Shown: piece after piece, positions 1-12,830 of the stretch
How the letters are laid out: the number at the start of each line of letters is the position of its first letter
Position numbering within the stretch: the first letter of the stretch is position 1
Made by a program: the position numbers and the translations under genes
The notes under the pieces: generated by a model
Database searches by the model: none
What the model was told of the DNA's origin: nothing
The model's input: the letters and a program-made list of their open reading frames with translations, nothing else
DNA from: Nemertoderma westbladi
Lineage: Eukaryota > Animalia > Xenacoelomorpha
Direction of reading: 5' to 3'
NCBI GenBank assembly: GCA_032718475.1
Contig: JAUCBJ010009104.1
Span: 1-64,000, forward strand
Length of the DNA: 64,000 nt

Positions 1-3
1 TTC

Positions 4-3000
4 TTTATTTATTTATTTATTTATTTATTTATTTCTCCTGGTACCTCGAATTGCACATACTACACAATTTTTTTTTTATTCCTATTTAATACAATTATAA
101 TTAATAACGGTAGCAGAGTGCGCTACTACAGCCGAGCAATAGCAAAAGCTAGTATAGACATTCAACAAATTTTGAGTTAATTCTATTGCAATATTGAATT
201 ACCGTACCTGACTTTGATAACAAGATTAGCATATAGGAGGCACAATCTGCTATAATGGAATAGGTATATTCTTTATTTACGTTTAGTATTTTTTTATTGG
301 TGAAAAGGGTGGGTGACGCATACAGATGAAGAAAAAAATAATATAATTTATTTATTTATTTACTAATTTATTTAATATTTATATAATATATTATTTATTA
401 AAATTAGATTTATTCAAGCAACAATTTCCTATATTTATGCGAAAACGTAATTTTGTTTTTGAGTTCGCGAATAGCGGACGGAATGTCATTCCAAATCAAT
501 GGGCCTTGATATCTCACAGATCGCTTCGAGGAGTCTAGACGGACAGTAGGTACGTAGTAGTTACCGTGTGTTACAGAACGAGTGAGGTATCTATGGGTAG
601 AAGCAGTTTTTTTTTAAAAGTTCGCCTATGGCACTAGAATTATGTATAATATTACTGTTGATGTCGTGCATAAGTAGGGCTGTTTGGTGCTTTATAACAT
701 TTCTAGTGGTAGAATAGATAGTGATTTGTATAGTGGAAGTGAGGAGGATTGTGTGTGTGAAAAGGTAACGCAACGGACCATTTATTTATTTTTGTTCTTA
801 GGGGTTTTAGTACAGTAGGAAAGGTACTCCCCCATATGATTATACCATAATTGAGATATGGATGTATAAGAGAAAAATATAATTGTCTGAGTATAATCAA
901 TGGAAAAGTGTGCATAAGTTTATAAAAAATGCCGATAGTTCTAGAAATTTTTTTCGTAATAAATTGAATATGGGGCTTCCAAGATAGTCTGTTGTCTACA
1001 TATATTCCTAAGAATTTTGTACATATGGATTTATTTACATTTTGTGAATTAATTTGTAGTGGCGGTGAACGAGAAAGATCTTGAATAGTATTTGAGAAGA
1101 TTGTGTATTCGGTTTTAGATAAGTTTAGTGAGAGGCGATTATCTATAAGCCAGTCAGTCAGTTTATTTAATTCATTATTAGTATCATGTATCAGAGTATT
1201 AATCTGTTTAGCTGACTGTAGGAGAGTAGTATCGTCCGCAAACAGTGTAGTTAGTAGATTAGTGACGTTAGGTAAGTCATTGATGTAAAGGAGGAAGAGT
1301 AGTGGGGATAGGACTCCTCCTTGGGGTACTCCACAAGTTAAGGGCAGTAGCGTAGATGAGTGTCCAGCTAATGAGACGTATTGGAATCTGGAAGTTAGAA
1401 AGCTAGAGATAAGATGCAAAGGAGTTCCTCTGATACCGTAACATTCTAGTTTATTTAATAAAATTTTGTGATTAATCGTATCGAACGCTTTTTTTAGGTC
1501 TATGTATATGGTACAGGTTGATAATTTTTCCTCCAGGGCCTGGTTAATTTTTTCTATAACTGACAATAAAGCGTGAGATGTCGAGGTTTTTCGCCGAAAT
1601 CCATATTGACAGGCAGAGAGAATATTATATTTTGTAAGTTATGATTGCAATTGTGAATTTATTATTTGCTCAAAAAGTTTGCTTAGGACTGGCAAAAGGG
1701 ATATGGGACGATAATTGTTTGGGTCTGTGGGACTGTCAGATTTGAAAATTTGAATAATTTTTGCGATTTTAAGTGAGCTGGGGAAAAAACCACTAGTAAT
1801 TGATAAATTAAATATGTAATTTAAATGGATAGATAGTGGCTTAGCTGCAAGTTGTAATAGCTTGATAGGGAGAGAATCGTTGGATGCCGACTTTGGGTTT
1901 AATTGGAGTATCAAGTATTCTATTTATACAGGAGAAGTTTCAGTAAGAACAAACGAGTTAGATCGATGGTTAGATTGCGAAATATTACGAATGGGAGAGC
2001 GAGGCGAAGACGGAATTTTGTTATCTAATTTTGGTCCTATTGTGTCAAAGTGATCGTTAAATATTGTGGCAATTTTAGAGGCATCCGTAATAATTTCTAA
2101 AGAATTAACCGTTTTTATTGTTAATTGTTTTGGGATGCTTGACTTCCGATTTCTATGCAGGGCAGAGTTTATAATCACCCACGTTTTCCTAATATTATTT
2201 CCACTTTCCTGAAATTTTGTTTGATAGTATAATTTTTCAGCGGCACGCAATGTGGAAGTTAATTTATTACGGTATTTTTTATAAATGTTGTGGCTAGCCT
2301 CAGATGGAGATTTTAGATAATTACGATATAATTTATTTTTCTGTAGGGTGCAAGCTAGAAGAGAATCCGACATCCACGGTTTATCCGGAATTTTATGTTT
2401 TGCCGTTATGTGTTTTGTTGGGACGTGTTTATTGCAAATTTTCTTCAGATTGTCATAAAAAACATTTAATTTTTCAATATTTTCGACCTTTTTATCAGTA
2501 TAAGACCAGTTAGAAGTTAGTTGAATATCGTGAAGAAAGTTTGTGCTATTGAAATTTGAAAAGTCAAATGCCGTATGATGATCAACCTTTTTAAAATAAC
2601 AGGAATAGTTTTGGAGCCAAGTAAAGGTGGGTTGATGGTCTGATGTACCTATTTTTACTTTAAAAGTTCCTGATTTTGATAAACAAGAAGTAACATTTGT
2701 AATTATATGATCTATGATAGATTCAGTTTGAATAGTTGAACCGGTATTATTAGTCCAGGAGCTAATACGAGTAGGTGAATTAATTAATTGTACAAATCCG
2801 TAGCTATTAAGTAAGTTGATATATTCCTTCGGTTTGTCCTTAGGTTTAAGTAAGTCAATATTAGTGTCACCGGCTATTATTACATCATATTTAGTATTAG
2901 CTAAATTTGAGAGAGTTGTATCTAGTAGTTTAGTAAAGTCATCACGATGTATAGCATCAGTTCTATATATAGCCCCTACAATTAGTTGTTTGGTCCGTGG

Positions 3001-3250
3001 TCGAGTAATCTCGACCCATGAGGTATCAAGGCCATCAATTTGTAAGTCATTCCGTTCTAGAACATTAATGGTATCATTAACGTAAATTGCAGTGCCACCC
3101 CTATCTAGTTTACCAGTTTTGCGGTTATTTAGAAATGGGTCATGGTAGCCTATTAATTTTAGTAAATCAGTTGATGTATTATCCGTTAAAAATGTTTCGC
3201 TGAAGGTAATTATGTCAAATTTATGGTTAATGGATAATAAAAAATCAACT
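4..3250 (-). mobile_element. 5'-truncated LINE (CR1/L2 group) with degenerate ORF2 and (TAAA)n tail
   Basis: Minus-strand fragments give APE endonuclease motifs (FDIITFSETF, GGTAIYV, IVGAIYR, IAGDTNID, PTR..IDHI, SDHQP; ~2620-3230) then RT (NYRPISLLPVLSKLFE, DLKKAFDT, GVPQGGVLSP, LFADDT, KFLGI). (TTTA)n at 4-34 is the minus-strand tail. Confidence 0.88.
400..3230 (-). pseudogene. LINE ORF2 (endonuclease-reverse transcriptase), broken by stops/frameshifts
   Basis: ORFs 1924-2373, 1639-1914 and 703-1566 are consecutive pieces of one EN-RT protein. Confidence 0.85.
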
Positions 3251-3790
3251 GTAGTAATATTAATAATATTTTTTTTATGAAATTGTCAACTTCAAAACCC
3301 TACTACCTCTACAATTTTTGAGCAATTAGTCTGAAACTTTCTGTGGGTGTCTACATAGCCACCCTGCATAAAACTATCAGAGAACTTTTCGAAATTATTT
3401 GTTAATAAAATTTAATACTATTTATAACAAACCTAAAAATTAGGCATAAATTTGCAGCGCCATCTAGCGGTGCAGAATTATTGTTAAAAAATTTCGCCTG
3501 ATAGTTATGTTGCCCCATCTTTGATCTATCATATAAAAAACTTTCATGTGATTAGATTCAAAACTGTAAAAGCCTTTGGGTTTTAAGCGCATTCAAGTTT
3601 TTTTTGTTGTTAACTTGTATTAACTAATATTAAATAGCGAAAAATAAAAATTTTCTAACCTGTCATGTAGAAGAATAGCATCTTAGGCACCTATATTCCA
3701 AATTATAGCCAAAACCAAACAATTTTGAAACGCTGAGAGTGATAAATCGAAGAGTTGTCCGAAAATGGTGTACCCCCCCCCCCCCCCCCC
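3251..3790. mobile_element. Right part of a non-autonomous DNA transposon inserted at TTAA (Kolobok-like, ...GTACC(C)n|TTAA end)
   Basis: Non-coding segment ending in a C-run directly at TTAA (3791-3794). That TTAA corresponds to nt 19-22 of the BEL-A LTR, whose first 18 nt are missing here. Left end not in window. Confidence 0.55.
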
Positions 3791-3997
3791 TTAAGTAGCA
3801 TTTGTAGTGTAACGTAAAATCTTTCTAAAATCCGACGTATTTTGATTAAATTACAGTAACGTAATATGCCTATTCATATTGGTACACATTAATCCATAGG
3901 TGACTCTATTGGCGCAGTGGTCAGATGGTTAAGGCATTGGTTACATTACAGGTAGGTTACGAGTTCGAATCCCAGTCGGGAAATTTGCATTTTGGGC
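3791..3997 (+). repeat. BEL-A 5' LTR, first fragment
   Basis: Near-identical to 28494-28700. Confidence 0.92.
3902..3980 (+). other. tRNA-like / Pol III A-box-B-box cassette in BEL-A 5' LTR (not a functional tRNA)
   Basis: TGGCGCAGTGG (3910-3920), GATGGTTAAGGC, B box GAGTTCGAATCC (3961-3972), followed by TTTT. No proper anticodon or acceptor stems. Confidence 0.6.
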
Positions 3998-4819
3998 GTT
4001 GGAAGATTGTTGGAAGGTTTTTTGATAAATGTAAAGAACACATAAAGCACGATTTAAAGATAGGCTCCCCTCCATCCACCATAATAAAAACAAACACTCC
4101 CGCCACCAGATTCACAAAGGGACTAAAATTCCCAGTCATTGCAGTCCAGTGAACCTTAGACCCTCCCTAGGTACCTACACCAGGAATGTGGGCCTCCACC
4201 ACCACACATCGGATGCCAGTCTCCCCCAGGGACTGGTAGGTCCATCTGGACACGAGCACCCCTGAGGCACATCAGAGCGGAACGCTGCAGGGCAAAACCT
4301 AACCGGGTTCTGATGAGCTAGAACGAAGGAACAGAAACCGGAGTGTTCAATTTCATTTATCCGCTCTTCGTATTTACAGCGCTTTTCCCCCTCGTGCTTC
4401 TGGTAGGCCGAATTCTGGTGTTGTTCTCGCTAAGTAGTTTAGCTTAGGCTGCAGCCCGTATATTAGGCAACTTTAGGTGGGATGAGGTGCTGTGTTAGCG
4501 AAGTCGTTAAGCCGGGTTAACTGTTTGCAGAGTTGATCAACCCGCTTGGCTATGTATTCTTTACAAGCGCGCTGAGAACCGATGACGGAACCCAAAACTC
4601 TGTGGCCATCTGTTATTTGGATACCTGTTCCTTCAAATATCTGCTCTGCAGTGGATCAGTGTTCATCTTTTACTATAAGAAAGGACTTTGAGGCATTCGG
4701 GAAATATCTGTATCCAGGTCCGATTTTACAAACCGTTTCCCAATAAATCCTTAGTTCTTTGAGACGACCAGCAACGTTGCCATCATCGGCATACCATTTT
4801 TGAAGCAGATGATTGTCTT

Positions 4820-5780
4820 GTGAGTTCAGGTTCGTTACCCCCGGGTTTATTGTGAATTCCAAGTTGGGTGAATGTCCCCTTACTGTGCCTGCTGGGTTCT
4901 CCGGGTGGAGGGATTGTCCCCTCTCTGGGTCAAGTGGGTTCCCTGGATCTACCAAGTTCCCTGGGTTAGATGGGTGCCCCCTCCATGGTTCTATTAGGAT
5001 CCCTATGTTGGGTGGTCGTTCCCTCCCTAGTTCCAGCGAGTTTCCGGAGTTGGGTGGTTGTCCCAGCCCTATTCCTAGCGGGTTCCCTGGATTCAGTGGG
5101 AATCCCTTCCCTGTTTCCAGTAGGTTCCAATGTGTTGAGTGCATATCCCCTCCCTGGATCCGTCAAGTTCCCTGGGTTAAGTGGATGTCCTTTCCTTGGA
5201 TCCATCTGGTTCCCTGGATTGGGTTGGTGTCCCCTCCCTAGTGTGATCAGGTTGGGTGGGTGTCCCCTCTCTGGATCTGTCGAGTTCCCTGGGTTGGGTG
5301 GATGTCCCCTCACTCATTCTACAAGGTCCCCTGTGATGGGTGGGTGTCCCCTCCCTGGATCCGTCGAGTACCCTGGGTTGAGTGGATGTCCTCTCCCTGG
5401 TTCTAGACGGTCCCCTGTGATGGGTGGGTGTCCCATCCCTGGTTCTAGGTCCCCTGTGATGGGTGGGTGTCCCCTCCCTGTAACCGTCGAGTTCTCTGTA
5501 ACCGTCGAGTTCTCTGTGTTGAGTGGATGTCCCCTCCCTGTTTCTAGATTGTCCCTTGAGATGGGTGGATGTCCCCTCCCTGGTTCTAGGCGGTCCCCGG
5601 TGGTGGGTGGGTGTTCCCTCAGTGTGTCCAGCGGGTTCCCTGAGTTGGGTGGGTGTGGGTGTCCTGTCCCCCTCCCTGGATCTATCGGGTACCCTGAGTT
5701 GGGTGGGTGTCCCCTCCCTGAGTTAACTGGATGCATCCACATGGCTGTGGGATCCCCAGAGTTTGGTGGGATTTCTCCCT
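4820..5780. repeat. 42-bp minisatellite (encodes ~GRGHPPNPGNSTDP on the minus strand)
   Basis: Recurrent GGGTGGGTGTCCCCTCCCTGGATC... units, ~20 degenerate copies. Confidence 0.9.
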
Positions 5781-7149
5781 CTAGCTCTGAAGATTGTCCG
5801 ACCAGTCCAAGCGCCCGAACCATTGGCGTAATACCAGAGGCATACATAGCTAAGGCGAGTGGGTCGCCCTGAGTTGTTCCCTCCTCTGACAACATAACAT
5901 CCCCGTCAATGAACAAATGCACTGGCTCCCGGTATGTGTTGGTGAGGATAATTGATAGAGCAGGACATATCGCATGGGTATTCAATAGAGTGAGTTGGCG
6001 ATTTAGTGCATTGAACGCATTTGTTGCGTCCAAAAGGAGGATACCTTCACACTCAGGTTTCCCAAAGTAATCCCGCAATGAGTGTATGGTGTGTTCAATC
6101 CCGCCAAGCTGACTGACACACAGCTGCGTGTTGCCTGCAATTTTCTCGAGGTCTAGCCATACACAATTCATGACCGCCTTTCCCACTATTCTCCTTAACA
6201 CCTCCCCTACATGGATGTGACGAACACCCAGTTGCTTATCTATTGCCACTAACCTACAGGCATTAAAGGCCAGGAGGCTTTGGGGATCAATATATTCCTT
6301 CACAAGGTGCTTGGCAATGGCCACTATCGCATTCCTAATGTCCGTAGAAGTGGTACCAAAAGCAGTGAGCATACGCCTCCAACTGTCCGCATCCATACCA
6401 GACGGCCCTTCCGAACCATGGGTATGGAGTGCTGCAGACAAAACGGATTCGCCATAAATTCCATCAAAAACAGCTGGATGGAAACAAAGGCTATCGCACC
6501 ACATACTATCGATAAGAGCTGGGTCGATTGTTCCAGGACTCGGGTGCTTCTCCTTCAGAATTTCCTTCACAGTCGTATCTCCTTTATCAGTGTTAACGAT
6601 ATCAGAGAGACCCATAGACGAACCGCCATAAAGGTTCTCGAGGATATCGATTGCGGCAGCAATGCGACCTGTCGACATTCTCGCAATGAAATCCTTCCTA
6701 TGTTTATCTGCGTCCCTTCTAGATCCAGGGCCATTTGTCCGTCTAGCCTGAAGAGCCCTTCCTTCCAGAAGGAGCTGTTCGAGCTCCCCAGCTTCCCATA
6801 GGTCCAGTCTTCTACGCAAAGTAACACTTATACTGCCAGAGCAGTTGGACTTCCGGCCTGCCGCTTGTAACAGTAGTTTTGGAGCAACCATGATACCCAT
6901 CATTGCTATTCCTGCCAAACTAGTACTTTCTGCAAATGCTTTAAGGACTTTTGTTATCATGCAGATAAACTGACGCTCGATCTTAGTTCTAGGAATTTCG
7001 AAAAGGTTTGGACTCCAATGAACCACCTCATCATAGGCTTTTCGGAGCCCAGTTTCAAAAACCTCGCCTGGGATGCCTTCCCAACTAAAACTCAGGCAGC
7101 GAGGTTGATAAGGTGGAAGTGTTGGCACTGGGGTGCCAGAGCCGGATGC

Positions 7150-7780
7150 CGTAGACAGCGAGGCGCCATTTCCGCCCCTGTAGACGACGTGGCGCCATTC
7201 CCGGACCCCGTAGACAACGAGGCGTTAATGCCGAACCCCATAGAAAGTGAGACACCATTGCTGGACCCCGTAGACATCGAGGCGCCATTGCCGGACCCCG
7301 TAAACAATGAGGCGCCATTGCCGGACCCCTTAGACAACGAGGCACCATTGTCGGACCACATAGACAACGAGGCACCGTTGATGGACCCCGCAGAAAGCGA
7401 GGCGCCATTGCTGGACCCCGGGGACAACGAGGCGCCATTGCCGGACCCCGTAGACAATGAGGCATAAATTGGCGGACCCCGTAGAAAGCGATACGTCATT
7501 GCCGGACCCCGTAGACAACGGGACGCCATTGCCGGACCCCATAGACAACGAGGCGCCATTGCCGGGCCCCGTGGACAGCGAGGCACCTTTGCAGGACCCC
7601 GTAGTCAACAAGGAACCTTTGCCGGACCCCGTAGCCAACGAGGCGCCATTGTCGGGCTCCATAGACAACGAGGCGCCATTGCCAGACCCTGTAGACACCG
7701 AGGCGCCAATGCTGAATGCCGTAGACAATGAGACGCCATTACCGGACGCCGTAGACAACGAGAAGCCAATGCCGGATGCT
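7150..7780. repeat. 30-bp minisatellite GAGGCGCCATTGCCGGACCCCGTAGACAAC (GASLSTGSGN on the minus strand)
   Basis: ~20 tandem copies visible. Confidence 0.93.
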
Positions 7781-8251
7781 GTCAGGGTATCATCTAACTC
7801 ATCAGCCACCAGCGTGTCATCCTCATGATCTGCCTCGTCCGAAAGTTGATCCACTCGCTGAGACAGGAAAATCGGAGGTGGATAAACAACATCGACACGA
7901 ATGGGCAGTGGCTGCGAGGCTGATAATGACTGCGGTTGCTGGTTCCCCCCCGAGTTCTCACACCGACCACTCCTGCCGGGGGCGCAGCTGGTGCAAAGGA
8001 TGCTTGACTTAGCATAATTGCACGTTTTGCTTCTTGCATCCGCAGCACGGCGCCATCACCCGATTCTCCAAACGTGACGTTGCCCAATCAATCAATGTCG
8101 ATCAAACGCACGATATTGGCTATAATGGCCTGGCACAGCAATGGACAGGTTATAGTAGTCAGCAGTCAGCAGTAGGACAGTATACCAAACACTCACCGAC
8201 ATCACTAGATTAATGGACTCGGAAAGGTACAGTAGGTTCACATAGTAGGTT

Positions 8252-9741
8252 CCTTATCTTCACATTACCTAGATTTAGATTTGTTAGTTTCTTGTTAAAT
8301 CTTACGTAAATTTGTTTGATAAATCTTTTGTAAATTACTCAAATATACTGTAAACTTTGAACATGTATATTTCATCTTGTCCACCTTTGGGACAGCCAAA
8401 CATTTGGGAGATGGCTGCCTAAACCATTAGGCCGTCAGCAACGCAGAGAAAGATGTCCACAACATGCTAAGCGCCCACATTAGATTTGCCCGCGCGCCCG
8501 TTCGAAGCATGCCTCCTTGCCATACAGCGCCCACTTCAGAGGAAGGTAAGACTTTGTTTGACGCCCTTGCCCGCAGTAAGACCTATAGATCAGGGTAAGC
8601 GTGACGCCATCCTGGGATGCCGTAAAATTTAGGATCGAATATTTTAGACTTAGACAGGAGCAAACAAGCAAAATCCTCGGATTAACCTGTATCTCCTACA
8701 AATGTGAACTATTGCTGTTCGTCAGTACGCGCAAGTACACTTTAGGTGCAGACAGCACAAGTTCCATAATTTGGTGATTTGCAGTACTGACAGCTCTGTA
8801 CCGGTTCACTTTATAGTTTATACATTTGCCTGCCCCTGTAATATTTGATCAGGCAAGGAGCAGCTTTCTGCTACCGGCACATGCTTGGCCTAGGGAGGTT
8901 ACTAATATCCTACCGCGCCTTGCCACGTACTGATAGGTATTGCTGCTAACCACCGCAACAACAAAATTCTAGAATCAAATTTGTATACCAGAGCTAACGT
9001 ACGGTAGCAATTAACAACTATTTCTTATCTTACAACCAGAATCTTGTATTTGTGCTGATCACGGGTGTAGTTACTAATACCGTAATTGCCCGGTTGAGTT
9101 GTGGATAGGAAGGAGAGAGCTTTGATGTCATTTTCTAAGTATCACGCCCTACAGAGCGCGACTAGCTTATTTTAGTAGCTAGTTCCTGGTATTGTTTTTG
9201 GTCAGAAATCACCGAAACCTAGTACGACGGCGATACACCAAAATTGTTTTATTCGTAACACACACACGTCCTAAAACATACATACTCCCCTTCGAGACCT
9301 GCTAGCTACTAGCTTACTTTAGGTTACCTTTCAATAGGATTTATTCTGCAGTTCTACCATTCATATTTGTAATTTTAGGAGATATTTAGTATTTAGTTTT
9401 ACGGCAAGTATTTTAGATGGCATGCACCCTTTTGACTGCTTTGCCCCTGTCAGCAGTATCGTTACTTTAGGTACTACCCCCCTTTGACTGCTACCGCTTG
9501 TTAGTAGTATTGTTACGCAAGTCTGTTAATCCACTAGCTCATATATATACCATATAAATCACCAGGCTCCATTCCTCGCCAGTAGTAGTTTGCATATTTA
9601 GTATCTGTTTATTTAGACACCCTGGACTGGGATTTATTGTCAGATACTGTACAAGCCCGTATACCAGTATACACTACTAGATCTTACAGTAAGATACATC
9701 ATTACTAGGATCCGGTAAGCGGTATACTACTGGACTTTTCA
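8252..9741 (+). repeat. BEL-A 5' LTR, second fragment (ends ...CTTTTCA)
   Basis: Matches 28895-30590 except for a ~200-bp deletion at ~9540-9559 (3' LTR ~30210-30408). Homology stops at TTTTCA in both copies. Confidence 0.92.
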
Positions 9742-10612
9742 GTAGGAGATATATATATATAAATATATATTATTAGCTATTGTAAAGGTAGGAAGATATT
9801 TTACAATTTAAAATTAGTAAAGTTAGTAATTTGTAGAACGTCCCCTGCCAGTAGGCCTTAAGGGTAGTTTTATTCGTATTTGGCTTGCTATAAATAGTTA
9901 GTTAGTTTGTAATTATTTGTTTTACGCCATGTGTATGCGGTGTTACTTTCGGTACTTGAAAAGGTACATAGGGTTTAAAGACCAAGTTGTATCGGTACCT
10001 AGGAAGAATTTTCGTAGAGTAGAAGTAAAACTCTCACCTTCCACCTTTCAGGACTCAAGGACTCATTTCTGGACCGCTTCGAGGGATTAGACTGCTTTTC
10101 GCAAAGTTTGGGAGACACAAAATTCGTCCGCGACGCCGAAAATGGAATAACCCACGTCCGGTTTGTATTTGGAAATTTGTACGACTGGAACATCAAAGGA
10201 GTGTAAGTTTTACGACTCGTGTCGTTCAAACTTAAGAGCACAGTAGTACTCAAAATTTGTGGGTTCCACTGTCTAATTAGTAGTGTTGTTGGTACTTATT
10301 TTCCCATTAGACGTTGCTGTTTTGCCTATTATTTGTACTTGTTGATCTACATTTTGGTACCGTATACCGTTATCTCACTAATTCGTACAAATTTAGCCGG
10401 TAGGCTAGATTATTATATTTTATTATGTACCTTTGATTTTATTTGTACCGGTTAGGGTATATATATAGTATATATATACCAAGGTAAGTCTGACATTTTT
10501 GACATTTTGACATTTCGGCATTCTGATACTTTGACATTTTATTATCCGTACTTGACATATATAATAGACTTGAGTGATACACCACATTCGACTCGATACC
10601 GACCTACCGACT

Positions 10613-12110
10613 ATGACTCGTGTGACCCGGACAGATCGACAGTAGATGAACCGAGAAGGAGAACCCGAGATTCTACCAATGTCACACCGCGTGCATCGCC
10701 GGCACTGCGAATGGAAATACCGGAAGCCGCAACGTGTGGCGACGGCAGAATCGAAGATTTCCTTACCGTCCTGCAGACCAGATCACGGGAACTGGACATG
10801 GTAAGTTCAACTGGAAGCTAGGAGAACATTATTAGGAGTATAGGAGGACACATGGCCCAGATTACTCAAAACTTGGGAGAAGGTTTTCGCGTTTTACGCG
10901 AGTTAACCACCCTGATGTCGAGATATGAGTTCTACACCTCACAGGTAAGGATAGAAAGTAGGGTACATGCCTCCGTAGATAAACTTAAAGGTTTATATGA
11001 ACTTGCAGAGTTGCGTGGTGACAACTTTACTCAGGTAAAGATAATAGATAAGTTGGTAAGTGCGAGGGAAAGCCTCATTCAGTTTAAGTCGGTTATAGGA
11101 TCGACTCAGCAAGAACAACTCGACCAACTGATGTGTGAGTCAGTTTTGGACGCGTTGTTACAACCCGAAGAGGAAGAAGAACTATACTGCCTGGATGGGA
11201 GGTTAGGGATGCTCACCAATTTTCTTCATAGATGCGGCGTACCGATCGAAGAACTGGAAGTCGAAAAGTTCTAACTATGGAATGCTCGCGAGCCTACCAA
11301 ATTCCACAACTGGATAGATCGTTCGTTAGTGTACGGAGCGACGTTGGCGACGTTATTAGGACAGCGTCTGTAATTACTCAACAACAACAGGAGGTCGCAC
11401 GCCGGCAACAAGTCGCTGAGGAAGAAACGCAACAGCAGTTGGCAGAGATAGCGGCTGAAGGAGAAAGACAGCGCAGAGAAGATGTAGAAAAATTTGCGAA
11501 ACTCCAGGCTCAAGACAAATTTGAAGCATCGGAGATTAGAGGAAGATTTAGCGCGAGAAGCGGCCGTGGCGGCAGCAGCCGATGAGTTAGTACGACAGGC
11601 GGCAGCTGACGAGTTAGCACGACAGGCGGCGGTAAACGCAGACGAGTTAGCACAACAGGCAGCAGCTGACGAGTTAGCACGAGTTGCGGTGGTAAATGCA
11701 GCCGAGTTAGCACGGAAGAAAGCAGCATCCCACGCTCATGCCAAGTTGGAGGCGCGACAAATAAACGCTCGTTTAGCTATACAGGAAGCGGAGTTAGCGG
11801 CACAACAACAGGTGGCCGATCGACACGAAAGGGAGGTGCAGCTCTAGTTCGAACTAAATCGCAGATCGCGCGAGGCGGCGAACGCGCAAGAGGACCTCGA
11901 ACTCGACGCGAGAGATAGATCTATAAGGTCTCGAGCTGGACATGGCCTGCTGCCCTGGATCGCATGGAGACTCGATATCGCGGAATTCAGAAGCGCATCG
12001 AGGAAGGAAGTGTGGGAGCGATAGATCGAGGAGAGGAGTTTGTCGAGGATTACTGTCAATGTTTTCCCCAAGTTATTCCTATGCTCACACCCACGACTCC
12101 AGTAAATGGA
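10613..12110 (+). pseudogene. BEL-A gag N-terminal part (coiled coil with AAADELARQ repeats), copy 1
   Basis: Fragmented ORFs downstream of the LTR in the gag position; Ala/Glu coiled coil like BEL-B Gag. Confidence 0.7.
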
Positions 12111-12159
12111 TATCAGGATATGAAGGCTTCTGTTGGTCGTACAGAGTTAATTTTAGGCT

Positions 12160-12830
12160 TATTAATAATCAAATATGCTCAAAATCAATGGAGCTTTGTT
12201 CATATTAATTATATATAATTAAACAATGGTGATTCCAAAACTGCTTTCAGATTTGCCATGCTGCCATAGCATATCAAGTTTTTTTCACAATTGCCAATTT
12301 GAGTTCAAATTACTTATCGCGAACAACTGTGATGAGTGAAGTAGATTCAATAATAATCAAATATGCTCCAAATCAATATAAAACATGAAAAAGAGCTTTG
12401 TTAATTTGAGTTATATATTAAACAATACAATCTATATGGTAAATCGGCTATCAGATTTACCATAGCATATGTTGTAGATTGATTTGGGGGTGAATTTTAT
12501 TCTTATTGAATCTACTTTCACTCATAATAATTGTTTGCGATAAGTAATTTGAACTTAAATTGGCAATTGTAAAAAAAACATGATATCCTATGGCAGTATG
12601 GCAAATATGAAAGCAGATTTGGAATCAGCATTGTTTAAAAATATATAATTCATATAAACAAAACTCCATTCAATGTTTTGGATTGATTTTGAGCATATTT
12701 GATTCTCATTTGAATCGATGCCACTCATCACAGTCATTTGCAATAAGTTTTTGAACTCAAAGTGGTAATTGTGTAAAAACTTGATGTGGTAGGGCAAATC
12801 TGAAATCAGATTTGGAATCAGCATTGCCTA
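12160..12830. repeat. Fold-back segment: ~190-bp AT-rich subrepeats in inverted orientation (also ~16212-16882 and ~20261-20932)
   Basis: CAAATATGCTCAAAATCAAT..ACAATTGCCAATTTGAGTTCAAATTACTTATCGC on the left is mirrored by GCGATAAGTAATTTGAAC..ATTGATTTTGAGCATATTTG on the right. Confidence 0.8.

Larger units (their letters stand above)
4330..8056 (-). pseudogene. CRE-like ORF (Cys-rich N-terminus, RT), frameshifted and minisatellite-interrupted
   Basis: ATG at 8056 (MAPCCGC); ORFs 7330-7854, 7092-7586, 5314-7128, 4966-5313 and 4656-5144 join into one RT protein. Confidence 0.75.
3998..8251 (-). mobile_element. CRE-clade-like non-LTR retrotransposon inserted in BEL-A 5' LTR
   Basis: Boundaries from loss and resumption of LTR homology. 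Protein motifs AYDEVVHWSPNLF, LRRRLDLW, RLVAIDK..VRHIHVGEVLRR, LLLDATNAFNALNR, EGTTQGDPL, WYADDG, plus an N-terminal Cys cluster (CCGC...CTSC.P...GRCEN), resemble animal CRE elements. No C-terminal RLE endonuclease seen. Confidence 0.75.

Noticed and set aside
3902-3980. Functional tRNA gene
   Set aside because: A/B boxes are present but there are no coherent acceptor or anticodon stems; it is part of the LTR.
4970-5872. 300-aa Cys/Gly/Pro-rich + strand protein
   Set aside because: Antisense reading of the 42-bp minisatellite inside the CRE ORF.
7150-7780. CRISPR-like array or secreted repeat protein (EAPLPDPVDN on + strand)
   Set aside because: Contiguous 30-bp units without unique spacers in a eukaryotic retroelement; the + strand ORFs are antisense shadows of the minisatellite.
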